A DNA stretch of 64,000 bases from Anthoceros angustus (Eukaryota > Plantae > Anthocerotophyta), in the NCBI GenBank assembly GCA_010909165.1, contig MU008169.1, forward strand, positions 248,001-312,000. Reading direction: 5' to 3'. The notes below the pieces were generated by a model. It was given only the letters and a program-made list of their open reading frames with translations. It was not told where the DNA came from and did not search any database. Positions 1 to 13,269 of this stretch are shown piece by piece. The first letter of the stretch is position 1. Every line of letters starts with the position of its first letter. The position numbers were made by a program, and so were the translations under genes.

Positions 1-491
1 CCACCCGGAGGCCTCTATACCGAATGTGCTCATGGGGCAGCCAACCGCAACCGCATTTACAAAGTGGCAAGGACACAACGGCACGGACACCAATGGGTAT
101 CCACGCACACCCCCACCCTCCCCGCACCGAACCTCGTAAGTGAGCAGGATGCCTACACGGCCCGCGTCCCACATTCGACCGGGTTCCTGAGGGGAAAGGA
201 CGTGGTCGCATTTTCAACCCAAACCCTCACCATGATGTTACGAACACCGCGCTGTAGAATTGACTCGACTTACAAGTGAGAGAGTGGTTGCCGCCAGACG
301 GAATTCCGCCAACAGGAACCGCGAACGGGAAAATTCACAATCGTGAGACACCGTCATTCGGAAATTGAGCACGATATTCTTATGACGAACAAACCACAAA
401 TTTCCAGCCGAGTGAGCCTGTCATAAACGAGACACAAATGTCACATCCTTGTCTTTAATTTCGTCATATTCTGCCTCCTTTTGTAGTAGTG
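1..491. mobile_element. Right end of a CACTA (En/Spm) element that continues off the left edge of the window
   Basis: Ends in CCTTTTGTAGTAGTG (reverse complement CACTACTACAAAAGG) at 491, preceded by GACGA/CGTCA-type subterminal motifs. Sequence character changes to PPR-like coding directly after it. Confidence 0.65.
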
Positions 492-907
492 ATGGGAGCG
501 TAACTGCTGACGACGTAAGAGAGCTTTGTTGTTAGGGCCATGTTAGTGAGGCTGTTAGGCTTTGGAAGTTTTTGAGGCAGACAAGCAGTTCTGTTTCCAA
601 GTCTCTCTTTTGTGCTTTGCTGAAGAAATGTCTAGTTAACAAGGACCTTGTTCTCGGTGGTCGATGCAAAGGGAGCATACTTGACGACGGGGCACAAACT
701 GCATGTTGATGTGTTGGCTAGTTAGACATGGCGTTTGGGCCAGGGTTCTGTCTGTCTTCACAACGAAGAACAAAATCCCCTGATCGGGTCACATTTCTAC
801 ACTAAGAATTAAGGCATGGAAGCAACCATGGGAGATAACAATGGACAGACTTGGTGTCTTCCGTGGACAAGAAACCACAACCAATATAATTTTCCGAATT
901 AAGAAGG
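492..907 (+). pseudogene. PLS-type PPR pseudogene fragment: N-terminal part fused by an internal deletion to the 3' tail
   Basis: Translates GSVTADDVRELCC*GHVSEAVRLWKFLRQ...ALLKKCLVNKDLVLGGR, then jumps to the motif seen at 41760 (AAAGGGAGCA.ACTTGACGACGGGG). The 3' part matches 36340-36500 and 41880-42000. Confidence 0.6.
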
Positions 908-1077
908 TTGGTACATCCTACATACATGGGCAGCTCCCAGATGTGAACAGTCACACCCTTTCGGGCTTACTACAAAAGGCACAACGTACCCAAGACGCTC
1001 ATTCTTTCCTAATCATTCTTCCTTCTCCTCCATCCCTCTCCACATACACATAGATTGATCCTGCCTGGTTTCCTATA
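908..1077 (+). mobile_element. Copia 5' LTR (left boundary eroded)
   Basis: Its 3' ~110 bp is nearly identical to 36172-36338 and ends in TTTCCTATA, immediately followed by a PBS. Confidence 0.75.
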
Positions 1078-1089
1078 TGGTATCAGAGC
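1078..1089 (+). other. Primer-binding site complementary to initiator tRNA-Met
   Basis: TGGTATCAGAGC, the canonical plant LTR-retrotransposon PBS, directly after the LTR copy. Confidence 0.85.
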
Positions 1090-1189
1090 AAGCAAAAATA
1101 TAGCCGCTTAAACTCCTTTGTGTGGTCCCTCCCCATCCTAGCCTCTGCCAGCACATGGATTGCTTAGAGTGCGGATTTTTTACAAGAAT

Positions 1190-2622
1190 CCGTAAGATCT
1201 GATGCCCGATCTTGGCGATCTGTCCCACGACTTAGGTGATATGCGTGCCCATCAATCCGCAATCGAGTGGAGAACAGTGTAGACCAGTTATGGGCTTTCC
1301 TCCGCACCGCGCTGGCTGCTCAATTTGCCATGTGATGTGCTTGTATCCCTCTTGTACAATTAGAGCCAACATGTGTAGCCTCGTTACGTGTGAATCCTGT
1401 CATACCGAAGTATTCTGGTTGCAGCACACATTGCCTCGCAAATGCCAAGTTACGATGCGGACTCACGGATGGACGGAAGACCAACTCCTTCGAAGTTACT
1501 TGCAATCCGGAGCGTGAGCAGTGGCGACCCATCCGATGCATTTATACATGGGATCCGGGTCTTTCATGTCTCGATTCATAGGATTGGTGTACCATCTCCA
1601 TCGGCCCGAGGCTGCAAGATTCACGGAGGGAGCAACCGCCTCACGCGCGCCACGCCCGCACGCTGTGACGACATTTCAAACCAGCGCATGTCGGCGCCAC
1701 CGCTCATCCGCTTAACGGTGAAGCCACAAGGAATTATGACCCGCCCCAGGTCCGAATCGGTTACGATGAACGTGCCGGCGGGCGAACGGTTCATCACCTA
1801 GTGTTGGGGGAGCGGGGGATGAATACCTGGTCGTTATGCATTTAGGCTTCCAACAACGAAATTCAAATACCAATTTTCTTTATTCCCACTATGTCGTAGA
1901 ACTCCCTCGTGCACCTCCAATCCACCGCCTCGCAAGGCTTTATGTATCCCAACAAGTACCCATGTGATCGCCCAACATAGCCATATAGTAGTCCTCCAAG
2001 GTGTAGCATGACCTCAACAATCATCTCACCGCCTCAAGGAGTCGGTATTGCCCTTGTCATTGCATTTGAAGTCCGGTGATATCCCGCAAATGATCCACCC
2101 TATTACGTGAACAAAAGCCTCGCGCACACCAAGAAATTGGCACCATCCACTCAGCCTCACAATGGTCACAAGGCCACATGCTATTGAAGGACTAGTAAGC
2201 ATGGATCTCGCCAAGCATGCTTCCGGGCCTGGCTCCATAGCAATCACCGACGCTCTTCCCAAAGAGGGCCAGCTTCACGCACATAGATGTGTTTCCCCAT
2301 CCACTTGTGGTATTGTGCCTCTTCCGCAAAGACATCCGCAAGTTCCTCCAATCCATGTGCGCTAGGTGCCGAGATCATTTCGCCGACCATTTGGGCCTCA
2401 TACAACCAACACATTGAACTTTGTGCCGACATCATGGCATCATACATTTTCTCCTAGGAGTCTCGAACCTCGGCATTAAGATGTTCACTGGCGCTTTTTC
2501 AGTGCCTCACGGCTTTATGGCAATAAATTGCCAGCTCCTTGGCCTCGTCTAGGAAACCTGGCCCCTAGTCACCCGAGCATGCGCCCACACTGGGCCCAAG
2601 GTGCATCTGTCTTCGCACCGGC
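1190..2622 (-). pseudogene. Degenerate MULE/MuDR-like transposase, 3' part
   Basis: Fragmented minus-strand translations include SFNSM...MVPIS (MuDR ESFNS..PI-like) and RCTREFYDIVGI (SWIM-like). It is cut at 2623-2625 by the element-C TSD. Recognition is by eye only. Confidence 0.4.
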
Positions 2623-3067
2623 AAACCTTACTAGAAATGGCCCCTATGTTCTGATCGTTGTTGCAATTTTATGTTACACTTGTAACTTGCAACATCATTT
2701 GGAGGCAGTATTAAGTTTGTCATTTCTTTCCGCATTGGGCCTACAATCTTAACACGAACCTTGCTCTCTCTCCTACCACTTCACCCTCTTAACTACATCC
2801 CTCTCTCATACGCATTGTTTATGAATTCCCTCATGCAAATGCAACATGACCGTAATAAGGACCCTCTCTCTCTCTATCGCCCCTCTTTATTACACCCCAT
2901 TGGAAGTACAATTAGTTAATGTTTTTCCTATTGCTCTTCATTGCACTCTCTTCACAACTATTGTTAATGGCGCCCAAACACGGATATCACACTCATTAAT
3001 TGTCTCTCATTAATTGTCTCCTTCCTCTACTACCACAGCCCATAATTCCTATATCAACCTTTTTCCC

Positions 3068-3152
3068 TACCATAGCTATTATTGGCTTGTATACTAATTG
3101 TTTATGGCTTACCATAGCTATTATTGGCTTGTATACTATTTGTTTATGGCTT
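3068..3152. repeat. Two 42-bp tandem copies
   Basis: TACCATAGCTATTATTGGCTTGTATACTA(A/T)TTGTTTATGGCT starts at 3068 and at 3110. Confidence 0.85.
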
Positions 3153-5899
3153 TTGCACGATATCGGTAGAGATAGAATACACATTACCTTCATACGCATG
3201 GTACCTACTTGTAGATACGGATTTACCTTCATACCTACTTGTAGGTAGGTATTTGTACATGAACACCGGATTATCAAGATTTTTATTTCCGATGGATATC
3301 GCTCTTCTTGATCTATCGATATCGCTCTTGTCACGCTATCGCACATCACCGCCTTACCTCTTGTTCTTGCGTTGCAAAATCGTTTGACTTAATCGGCTTC
3401 GAACACGCGACCGCTTGTTCGTCACCATCTGCCTCCTCCACTCCACCAACGGAGTGCATGGACAACTAGGTTCCTTTATACATACATACCTTGATGTCCG
3501 AAATTGGGAAAGGGTGGTACATGAGGACTAATCCCATGCTTTTGTCCGCATGAGCAATGGCGTGGACGTTTCCCCAACCCGTCGCTGGTCGTCTTTTCAC
3601 ACATGCGAAACCTAGCAATCGTTCAACCCACACCTACCAGAATTGTGTCACAAAGCGAATGTCACAATTGTCTGCATTCTTGAGTCATCGATTCGGGCAG
3701 CCACAAGCTTCTTTTCACCTTCACATCACCACGCGCTCGAACCACATTCATCTAGATGGCTAACTCATCGAAGCCCTCACTTTCTTCCTACATAAAACTA
3801 AATCCTATGCTACTTAGGCTTCTTGCACACCCCTACACTCATTGGTTGTCCTCGGAGGATTCTTCTTCTTCTTCCGTGTAGAACCCGCCTGCTTTTCTTC
3901 CTTTGCTTGTTGGTGTCATGCTTGGTGCCCGCTTTCTCTTCCCTTGCTCACGCCTCAGGCTCTGCGTTTCCCACATCCTTCCACCGCTTCCTTTTTTACC
4001 ACCATGGCTGCAAAAAGCACAAGATTTCGCCCATTGCATCGCCATTTGCATGACATGTTACACATTTGCACTTACACTTTTCGACACGCTCGTGTGATCC
4101 TCCGTGTCGGTGCCACCACTTCCACCGTTGTCCCCCTTCTTCCGCCTGCCCACCAGCAATCGCCTTCCCTCCCTCTCCCTCGTTGTCCCCCCACCCTCTT
4201 CAACGCCTTTGCATGTGTCGGCCCGCCTCCATTGCTTCCTCTTGCATTCCGTCTCCAAGCATCCCGCACATGCCACTCGGTGATCACATCACGACAAGCG
4301 TTGCCTCGCCCACTTGCCCTCTCACCGCCACCGTCATGCCTTTTCCCTTACCTCTCCAATACTCGGCATGTTCTCCAAGCCATTCCTGCCCACCGCAGCT
4401 CCTCTACCGCGCTCCTCCCCACCGTTGCGAACTTCCTTTCAAAATCTTTCGCCCCTAGTGGACCAAAGGGATTGGTCCCTTGATCATGCTTTGCCACCTT
4501 GCGCGTTGGGGCTTCTTGAGGTGTTGGCCACACCCCCATTCTTGTGCAACGTCACCACCCCCGCCCACGGCCTTCCTCCATGCCTTCGTGACATTCGGCG
4601 GATGGAGCCATTTCGCATCCTTACCCTTCTCCCTCCATATCAATGCAGCCTCACCTTCTTCCCTACGTTGTGGTTCCTTGTCCGTGATGCACCGCAAACC
4701 TCGCCACAATCTCATCCCGTCGACACGGAAACTCAATCTCTACCATACTCACCACCTCTCCCTCGGACTCGTCATGGCTTGTCCACGGCACCATCAACGC
4801 GTCATCTTCGCACACTAGCTCCAAGACACGCGATGGAAGGCCCTCCTCAGTCCTTCTTCATCCTCCACCGCATCCGATCCTCATTTTCGACCCAACCTCC
4901 ATCGCACAAAGGGCCGATACCATAAACACTCCTCCCGCCTGTGGAGCCTCGTGACAATACAAGAATGACGCCGAGTTGTTTACCGCCTCATTGCAGAGTT
5001 CCTCCTATCTCTGCCATAAAGTGGTGGGTTCACATTGATGACACTGTGGATGAAGATCCATACTGCAGGCATGGACTGGAGAGGGAGGATTTGCCAGCAT
5101 GGGACGCGATTTGCAGCCATTGGGTGCGGTCTGCCCGGGCTTGTTTTCGCCGCTTGGGAGCTCATCGAGATTTAGAGCATGAGCTCCACGCTCAGACAAA
5201 GTGCGTATAAAGGAGGTTATGCACACTAGCGATGGTGGCGCCCGAAATGTTTTGCCTTTCACCGCATTCTTGACACAAGGCATGACACAATGTAATGAGT
5301 ACCGCCAAACATATGACATTGAATGTTGCTCGTGGAGTCACCCACGAGCAAAGCGAACGTTTCCACCGCTTAACCTCGATATCGCATCACCGTCATCCCT
5401 TTCTATCTCATCGCTCGCCCAAGGGGCGAATGGTGGCCGGCACGACCGAGGGCGCCCATCCGAAGACATCTCGCAGGCCATTGAACTCGTCTTCCCCGGC
5501 ATCACGCGGAGCTCGACGGTAATCCAAACACGGACCCACAAGTCCTGCTCCATGCCACTGGCGGCTCCCGAGTCTCGGTGGTATGGCGGCGCGAGACATG
5601 CCGTGATGTCTCGCAACGCTGATTCGTGAGAACACCATAGGGTGCCGCTTGAGGCTTCCATTGTACATAGCCGCTGGATGCTTTAGCTCGCAGCGACGCA
5701 TCCTCGAGCTCCCCTGCAGAGGCAACGAGGTCGAGTCGTGAGTCCACTGCCGCCCATGGTGGAAAGCTCGCACGCGCATTCTTTTGTTCCTCCGGCTTCA
5801 CCGCTTGAAGCGCGAAACGCCCATTTTAATCAAGTTCTTCCTCCCCGCCAGCTTCTTCTTCCGCCATCCATGTGTCACGCAGCGGGAGAATGCCACGAG

Positions 5900-8726
5900 A
5901 TGCGTATGCTGTACATGTTCCGCCTTGCCGAGAGTGCGGCGCGCGGGGTCAGATTCCACCACGCCTGTGAGTTCATTGCCTTCGCCAAGTAATGCAAGGG
6001 CATGACCATTGTGACCTTCACGATCGCTCCATATGGTTCAATTGTTGTGGTTAATGGCAGCCCATGCAATAATTGCGGTGATGGGCATGGGCAACCGTAT
6101 GGTGGGCACCATGCATCCTCACGGACACGGTGTCACATATGTCCGAGGGCAGTAAAGCGTCAAAGCGAATTAGACAATGGAAGAGGAGACGGATGGTGAG
6201 GACTTGCCCACCGGTACACGTGGATGAGTTGTTGGCGGCAACCGACCCCGGGCGAACGAGGGCAAGCGATGCCAGATACGCGCGTGGCGTGAAACGCCTG
6301 TACGACATCCCGGGCATGGTTCAAGGAAAGCAGCTAAGCGCCACACTCTTATTGTCTTGGCAATCAATGTATGACATCGACGCCGCCATGACAGGACTTT
6401 GCGGCTAATTGCGACCGATATCTCCACCCGATCGCCCCGCCCAAAGACATGTACGAGGCCAAGGCACTTTTATACATGTTTGGGCCAAGGTACGAAAATC
6501 CACTGAGAGGGACCGTGTTTTATCTGGAGAGTACCACTACACGCAGGCCTGCACGCGACACACCACGGTTTAGGGAAGGGTTTGATGAGGAAGATGAAAT
6601 ACCGCGTAAGGTGCTTTGGCATTTTCCGTTGAAGGCACGCTGCCGAATTCAAATGCCACATACAAAGAGATGATGACATGGTATGTGGGGAAACAGAGCG
6701 ACGGGGACATGACCATCATGGTACACACCAGCTTGGACAGCTCTTGATGGAGTAGACTTTGGGGAAGAGCAAAAACGTAAGGTTTGCATTGTGCGATGGC
6801 TTCAATCCATTTGGCCAGTCCGCAAACACATCCATATGGCCGGTTTTGTTGTTCGTGCACAATATGCCACCATGGGCCAGCACAAAGGATGCGAATGTGA
6901 TTATGCCGTTGATTGTGCGGCCCGCATCGCCAGAATTTCGATGTCTTTATGGCGCCTTTAATCGAGGACTGCAGGACCTTTGGAGAGGCATGGACACGGA
7001 AGACTTCTCCAAACCGGTCAACCATCCAAACAGGCATTTCAAACTAGCAGATTTTGCACGTCATAGCAGACCCAGCCTTGGGACTGAGGATTGCAAGTGA
7101 GGGGCATGTGTTGATTGGAGGACTTGGATTCACGGTATTCTTCGGACTTGAAGAAAGAAATATATGCTGGTTTTAGGAGGTGGCTTCCGAGCGGACGGTG
7201 GATGACGTGGGCTGGTACAATGGAGTGGCGAGTATCGGCCCCACCGCCCGCCATCTTCGTCGATGTCATCAAGATATGGCGCCAGAGTGAACGCGACCGC
7301 GGACTGCGCCATCGAGGCCGGTTTGGAACCCGGCGAAGGTCGGCCTTGTTTGTAGACCTCCCATTGGCGGTTTTGAAATGGGCACCAAAGGACGTTATGC
7401 AGAGAAAACAACGCCAAGCCATTTGGCATACGCTGATGAGACCGAGATGACATAGCCTCATGGATGGACATGGAAGCGAGTGGAGGGAAGGGTGGTTATG
7501 GTCAGAGAGGATGGCCATTGCCGCATATGTCCCGGTCGAGAGGAATCAAACGGGTTATTGCGAAATGAAACGCAGTCGCCAACGGGTACGGATCTAACAT
7601 AGCACAAAATCGCGAGCGCAAGGTTGAGTCTGCCATGACCGCACATAATGATGGAAGTAGTCTTCCCTATTGTCCTCCGAGGGCATATAGACCCCGATGT
7701 GTACAAGGCGGTGGTCAAGTTAGGCGTCAGACAGTGGATTTGCCATGGACAATACCGGGCCATGAAATCCAAGCAATGAAAGAGGAGGCAGCGAGGGTGA
7801 TGTGCGATCCGGAAAAGCAATTCCCTCCAAAATGTTTGATATATCGACTCACCGATAATCCATCTAGTGGAGGTAGTCAGGTTTTGACTGCACACGAGGT
7901 GGATGTACCGTCGAAAGATACCTTGGGACGAGGAAGATCGTGTGCGAGGCCGAGGCCGTGATAGCGTTGGGGTACTTGAAGGAGGAGACATGCACTATGG
8001 GATGGCATTTTGGCGTTATTATGGTCACGTTGGAGGGCTATGGAGTGGAGGCGGCGAGACGGAGAGAAGGTACTCCGGGAGGCCGATAAATTGGATGCCG
8101 TAAGGCGACACTTATGTGTTGTACCACATGGAGGTGATGCACCGCTTTAGATATGTACGAGGAAGAGGTCGAGGTATGGTTCACGTGGAGACCGGCGAAC
8201 TTTCAAGGTTCGCATGCGGAAGGGCTGCCAACGCATGGGAGAATCACCCGGCTATGATGATGAAGTGCGCTATCATGGACGGTCCACGAATGGAGGCAGT
8301 AGCTCATCGGCATATGTGGAACAAAGGCAGCCACCTTAGACGATAGAGGCAGATAGACGGCGCCGGAGCACTAAGGACAGTGCGGTGCTCGCAAAATTTT
8401 TAATGAGCGGGACAGGGGCAGATGAAGGTTGTGAAGGAGAGCGAGTGTTTTATGGTCACATACAGGAAATTTTGCGCGTGCACTTCTGGGAGGAGTACAA
8501 GCACAGGTCAAGGTTCGCTGGTACGAGTGTGAGCCGAGTGGACCCAGGCCATCATTACATCGACATCGGATTCGACCGTGAACATGGAGAGACTTTGCAC
8601 ATACAGTGCGCTCCATCGATGGCCCATTTGTGTGGCCCTCACAGTAACCCAATGCATGCTACATCCAGACGATGGATGAAAACATCGGGTGGGCGGGCCC
8701 CGCACAAAGACGGGATGGAGGGGTAG
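5900..8726 (+). pseudogene. En/Spm Tnp2 transposase of element C (transposase-associated domain, Transposase_21, DUF4218, DUF4216), frameshifted
   Basis: PRKVLWHFPLK; NVRFALCDGFNPFG...SIWPVLLFVHNMPPW; RRRSALFVDLP...KDVM; MCDPEKQFPP; YGHIQEILRVHFW, in the expected domain order. Confidence 0.9.
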
Positions 8727-8869
8727 GAACCCATGGATTGAGGATAGGAATGATCGTAATTGGGGTAGAGATGATGACGCGCAAGTGACGGGTTTGCCGA
8801 CCTCCATAATATGGCGGGCTTGCGCACATTAATCCTCCATCGATATGAAACGAATAAACGTCACTCAAA

Positions 8870-11800
8870 GACAAATAACACTAAATGCCTCGAATGCACA
8901 TTGGTGACGCTGCATGGCGGTAGGAAGTCAATGAACAAGGGATATGAGTGCAGAAGCGCGCGCTGCCACATGTTTCGCAATTGCCTCAAGGACGCCAAGG
9001 ATGGCTCATATGTTTCAAATCTAAGGCCGCCCGTTGTACGGAGGAGTGCACGATACCGCCATGAGGAGGGGGAAGGAAAAGGTTGCCTACGAGGGAGCCA
9101 AAAATTGGGAAGGAAGGTCAACGCATGCACGTAAATGGCGTGAGACGGATAGAGGTGGCCAAGGATGTCGACCGGCGCGGCCGACGAACCTACCACACCG
9201 GGAGGCGTCACGACGGCGCGCAGAGACCGAGGAAGGTGGAGGGGATGAGGAGGGTAGGTCGCCTTGCCTATCCTCCTCATCCGCCCCATCCACCTTCCGC
9301 TCAATGGGCGAGCACGGTGGGAGGAGGCGCCATCGCGCAAAGGAGGCAACAAAGCGTGAAGGAGGGAAGACCGATGGCGGGCATGTAGGTTCAGTTCGAT
9401 GACGCAAACTTGGCACCTTCCATCCCCGACGACGACGATGAGCAATGCAGCCGAGCTGCAGGACATGGACCAAGAAAGCGAAATGTCGGAGTTAGTGTGT
9501 TGTGGCACATGATGATATCGTGACGCCACGCAACACATTGTACGGTCCGATATATAGACCAGATCCGGGATGAACGCTCATTTCCATGTGCATTGTGTGA
9601 ATGCGCTGGATGTACCAAGACGATGGATGGCAAGTAGGGGGAATGGGAACTATCAAGGGAAGAGGAGAACAACTCACGCTGTCTCATGGAGGGAGTTGGA
9701 TGTAAGAGAGGAGGACGAAAATGCGGGAATGCAAAGGTATGCACTGTGCAACTGACGGTCGGAGGGAGGGAGGACAGGAAGGACCGACGGTGCAGAGGCC
9801 CTAGAAAGGGAATGGCGGCGGAATTTGTTGCGGTGGAGGTGTCATATCAACCGGCCAGGAAGGAGGGCACAATAGATGTGAATGCCCTCGTAAATGGTGT
9901 TGATAACGAGGCCTTGGTGAATGCTTTGCTGCACAAGCATGGAGTGAAATGGCTGAGGAACGCAATTGACAGAGTTGTGAAAGGCGTGGGCACCGCTGTT
10001 GTTCGGTGGGCTAAGCGAAAGGAGACACGAAGAAATGCTGGAGCTAGTCAGGACAAAGGTTGTGAACGACCTGGGGTACCTGACAAGGTGGAGGGACGTT
10101 CCAAAAGCGAGAAGGCCCGTTAATCAAGTGTGCCTTCCATTTAGTGGTCAAGTCGCATAAGTAGACATTTCTCTCAAATGACGCGGAGAATGCCGATGTG
10201 TGGATGCGGCCGCTGCGCTGGAAGAGAGGGAAAAGGGGAACTACCTCGAATAGGAAACCTTCCATGGTGGACGATGAAGAGTGGGAAGATGCCTTAGCAT
10301 GGGCACGACACGAGCTGAAAAGGAACGGCCGCTTTCAGCCATCCAAGCATGAAATAGCAGCAAGGAGAGACTAGCCGAAATGGCGGTATGGGTCCAAACC
10401 CGTGGGGAAAAGGGAGGTCGACAGTGGTGTTGCGGTTTCACAACGGTATGGCACGATCCCGCAGATGACGAGTATGGCATGCTAGAGGAACGACAAAGAC
10501 AAAACACTAAATGCCTCGAATGCACATTGGTGACGCAGATGGCGGTAGGCTGCCGGAAGTCAATGAACAAGGGATATGAGTGCAGGCGCGGCGTCCGCTG
10601 GCCATGTTTCGAATTGCCTCAAGGACGCCAAGGATGGCTCATATGTTTCAAATCTAAGGCCACCATTGTATGGACGGAGTGCACGATACCGCCATGAGGG
10701 ACGAAGGAAGGAAAAGGTTGCCTACAGAGGGAGCCAAAAATTGGGGAAGGAAGGTCAACGCATGCACGTAAATGGCGTGAGACGGATAGAGGTGGCCAAG
10801 GATGTCGACCGTATGGCCGACGAACCTACCACAATCGGGAGGCGCCTACGACGGCGCGACAGAGACCGAGGGAAGGTGGAGGGGATGAGGAGGGTAGGTC
10901 GTCTTGCCTATCCTCCTCATCCGCCCCATCCACCTTTCCGGCGTTCAATCGGCGAGCACGGTGGGAGGAGCCATCGGCGCAAAGGAGGCAACAAAGCGTG
11001 AAGGAGGGAAGCACGCGATGGCGGGCATGTAGGTTCAGTTCGACGCCGAAACTTGGCACCTTCCATCCCCGACGGACGACGAATTGGAGCAATGCAGGCC
11101 GAGCCTGCAGGACATGGACCAAGAAAGCGAAATGGACCAGGTTAGTGTTGTGGCACACGATGATATCGTGACGCCACGCAACACATTGTACTGTGTCGAC
11201 ATATAGACCGGTATCCGGGATGAACGCGTCATTTCCATGTGCATTGTGTGAATGGGCTTGGATGTGCACGAAGACGATGGATGGCAAGTAGGGGGAATGG
11301 GAACTATCAAGTGGAAGAGGAGAACAACCCGCCACGCCCGTCATGGAGGGAGTTGGATGTAAGAGAGGAGGACGAAAATGCGGGAATGCAAAGGTAATGA
11401 TACAGCAACGGACGGTCGGAGGGAGGGAGGACAGGAAGGACCGACGGTGCAGAGGCCCTAGAAAGGGAATGGCGGGCGGAATTTGTTGCGGTGGAGGTGT
11501 CATATCAACCGCAAGGCGGACAGGCACAATAGATGTGAATGCCCTCGTAAATGGTGTTGATAACGAGGCCTTGGTGAATGCTTTGCTGCACAAGCATGGA
11601 GTGAAATGGCTGAGGAACGAATTGATGAGTTGTGAAAGGCGCGTGGCACACCGTTGTTCGGTGGGCTAAGCGAAAGGAGACACGAAGAAATGCCGGAGCT
11701 AGTCGACAAAGGTTGTGAACGACTGGGGTACCGACAAGGTGGAGGGACGTTCAAAAGCGTAGAAGGCCGGTTAATCAAGTGTGTGGCCTTCCCATTTAGT

Positions 11801-12145
11801 GTCAAGTCGCATAAGTAGACATTTCTCTCAAATGACGCGACGCGAATGCCGATGTGGATGCGAAGGCCGCGCTGGAAGAGAGGGAAAAGGGGAACTACCT
11901 CGAATAGGAAACCTTCCATGGTGGACGATGAAGAGTGGGAAGATGCCTTAGCATGGGCACGAGCAAAAGGAACGGCCGCTTTCAGCCATCCAAGCGAAAT
12001 AGCAGCAAGGAGAGACTAGCGAAATGGCGGTATGGGTCCAAACCCGTGGGGAAAAGGGAGGTGACAGGGTGTTGCGGTTTCACAACGGTATGGCACGTAT
12101 CCTGCAGATGACGAGGCAGTATGGCATGCTAGAAGGAACGACAAA
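8870..12145 (+). repeat. ~1.63 kb tandem duplication containing element-C ORF2 (TnpA-like) remnants
   Basis: ACACTAAATGCCTCGAATGCACATTGG occurs at ~8878 and ~10503 and the units align throughout. Each encodes WEDALAWARHEL.K.NGRFQPSK...NGGMGPNPWGK. Confidence 0.9.
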
Positions 12146-13269
12146 CATGGAAGTGCGGCCCGGGGGCGATTCTGCGGAGTTCCTCGACGTGTGAGGGAGG
12201 CAAAGTATGGACGAACCCACGAGATGCGTGAGATTGCCGGATAACGCGGGAAAGGATCGCGTTGTCAATGATATAGAGTTGGAGAAGGATCCCGATCTCG
12301 TGGCCTTCCAAGGAGGAGGATAGTGGAATGGGTCAATCCTTCACGGACGGGGCGCTAGATGTGAGGCGGAAGGCATTCGAGAGCAGGGGAGCCACAAGCA
12401 TGTGGTGGAGAAAACGCGCACAAATGTGCAGGAAGGAAGGACGAATGGGAGAAGAAGGCGTGGCGGAACCCGACATGGAGAGGGACGCCACGAGGTGAAC
12501 GATCAACCATGGGAGGACAGGACATCAAGGTGTGGTAGGCCATGGAGCACCAAATGACAGAACAAAAAACAGGGTGCGACCGAGAGAAGGAAACGCTTAC
12601 ACTGGGGCAACGATGCAGGCGGCAGCCAGGGGCAAGGCGACTGACATCGCCGACTATGGCGAGGGCGATGAGGTGGTGGTCCCAGCGACACCACGAACGG
12701 CCGTGGTTGTGGCAACATAGCGGGTCATGATCGAGAGGGGGGCATGGTGTGCCTCAAACGGGGCAACGAAGAACATGGTAGGGAGAGGGGCGCACCGAAG
12801 TGAGTTGTACATGGGGCCGTACACATCCGTGGAATGGCGATGCGTGGACATCAAGGGTAGTGGCGCAAGGATGGGCGGATGGACAATGGAGGGGAGGGGA
12901 CCGTGGGTGACGACATGTGCGCAATGGTGCCAAAAACGCTGCCGGGGCGCAGGAATGGAGGCGCGAGACAGAAATGAGACATCTGTCACGGGGGATCCAG
13001 CAGCCTCCAATGGACAGACTGACGGCGTCACGACATGGTGACGATGAGGAAGAGCACAGGAGGTGGCGGAAGAGGATGGAGATGTGAACGCGCCCGTGCC
13101 GAACTTTGTACCCGACACATACCTGGCCGAGTCAGATGCCGAGAGCATGGACCTGCACAGCGGGGCTCCAGAAAAGGTGACGCAACCTATAGAGGATGGA
13201 GGAGGCCGGAAGAGGAAAGGAAGGGAATGCCCGGCAAGGCGATGGGGAAGGAAGAGTTACACGAGTGTC

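Noticed and set aside
492-560. In-frame stop codons in PPR or Copia sequence as RNA-editing sites
   Set aside because: U-to-C editing is organellar. These nuclear TAG/TAA stops fit C-to-T decay of methylated pseudogenes.
735-907. ~170-bp direct repeat flanking the Copia LTRs (also 36340-36500) as a giant TSD
   Set aside because: The copies are clearly diverged, and Copia TSDs are ~5 bp. They are paralogous PPR-tail copies.
3842-4925. Long Pro/Leu/Ser-rich ORFs (213 and 203 aa) and similar GC-rich ORFs at 8861-9538, 10826-11593 and 22294-23079
   Set aside because: Low-complexity open frames from purine/pyrimidine skew, mostly antisense to TE ORF2; no recognisable domain.
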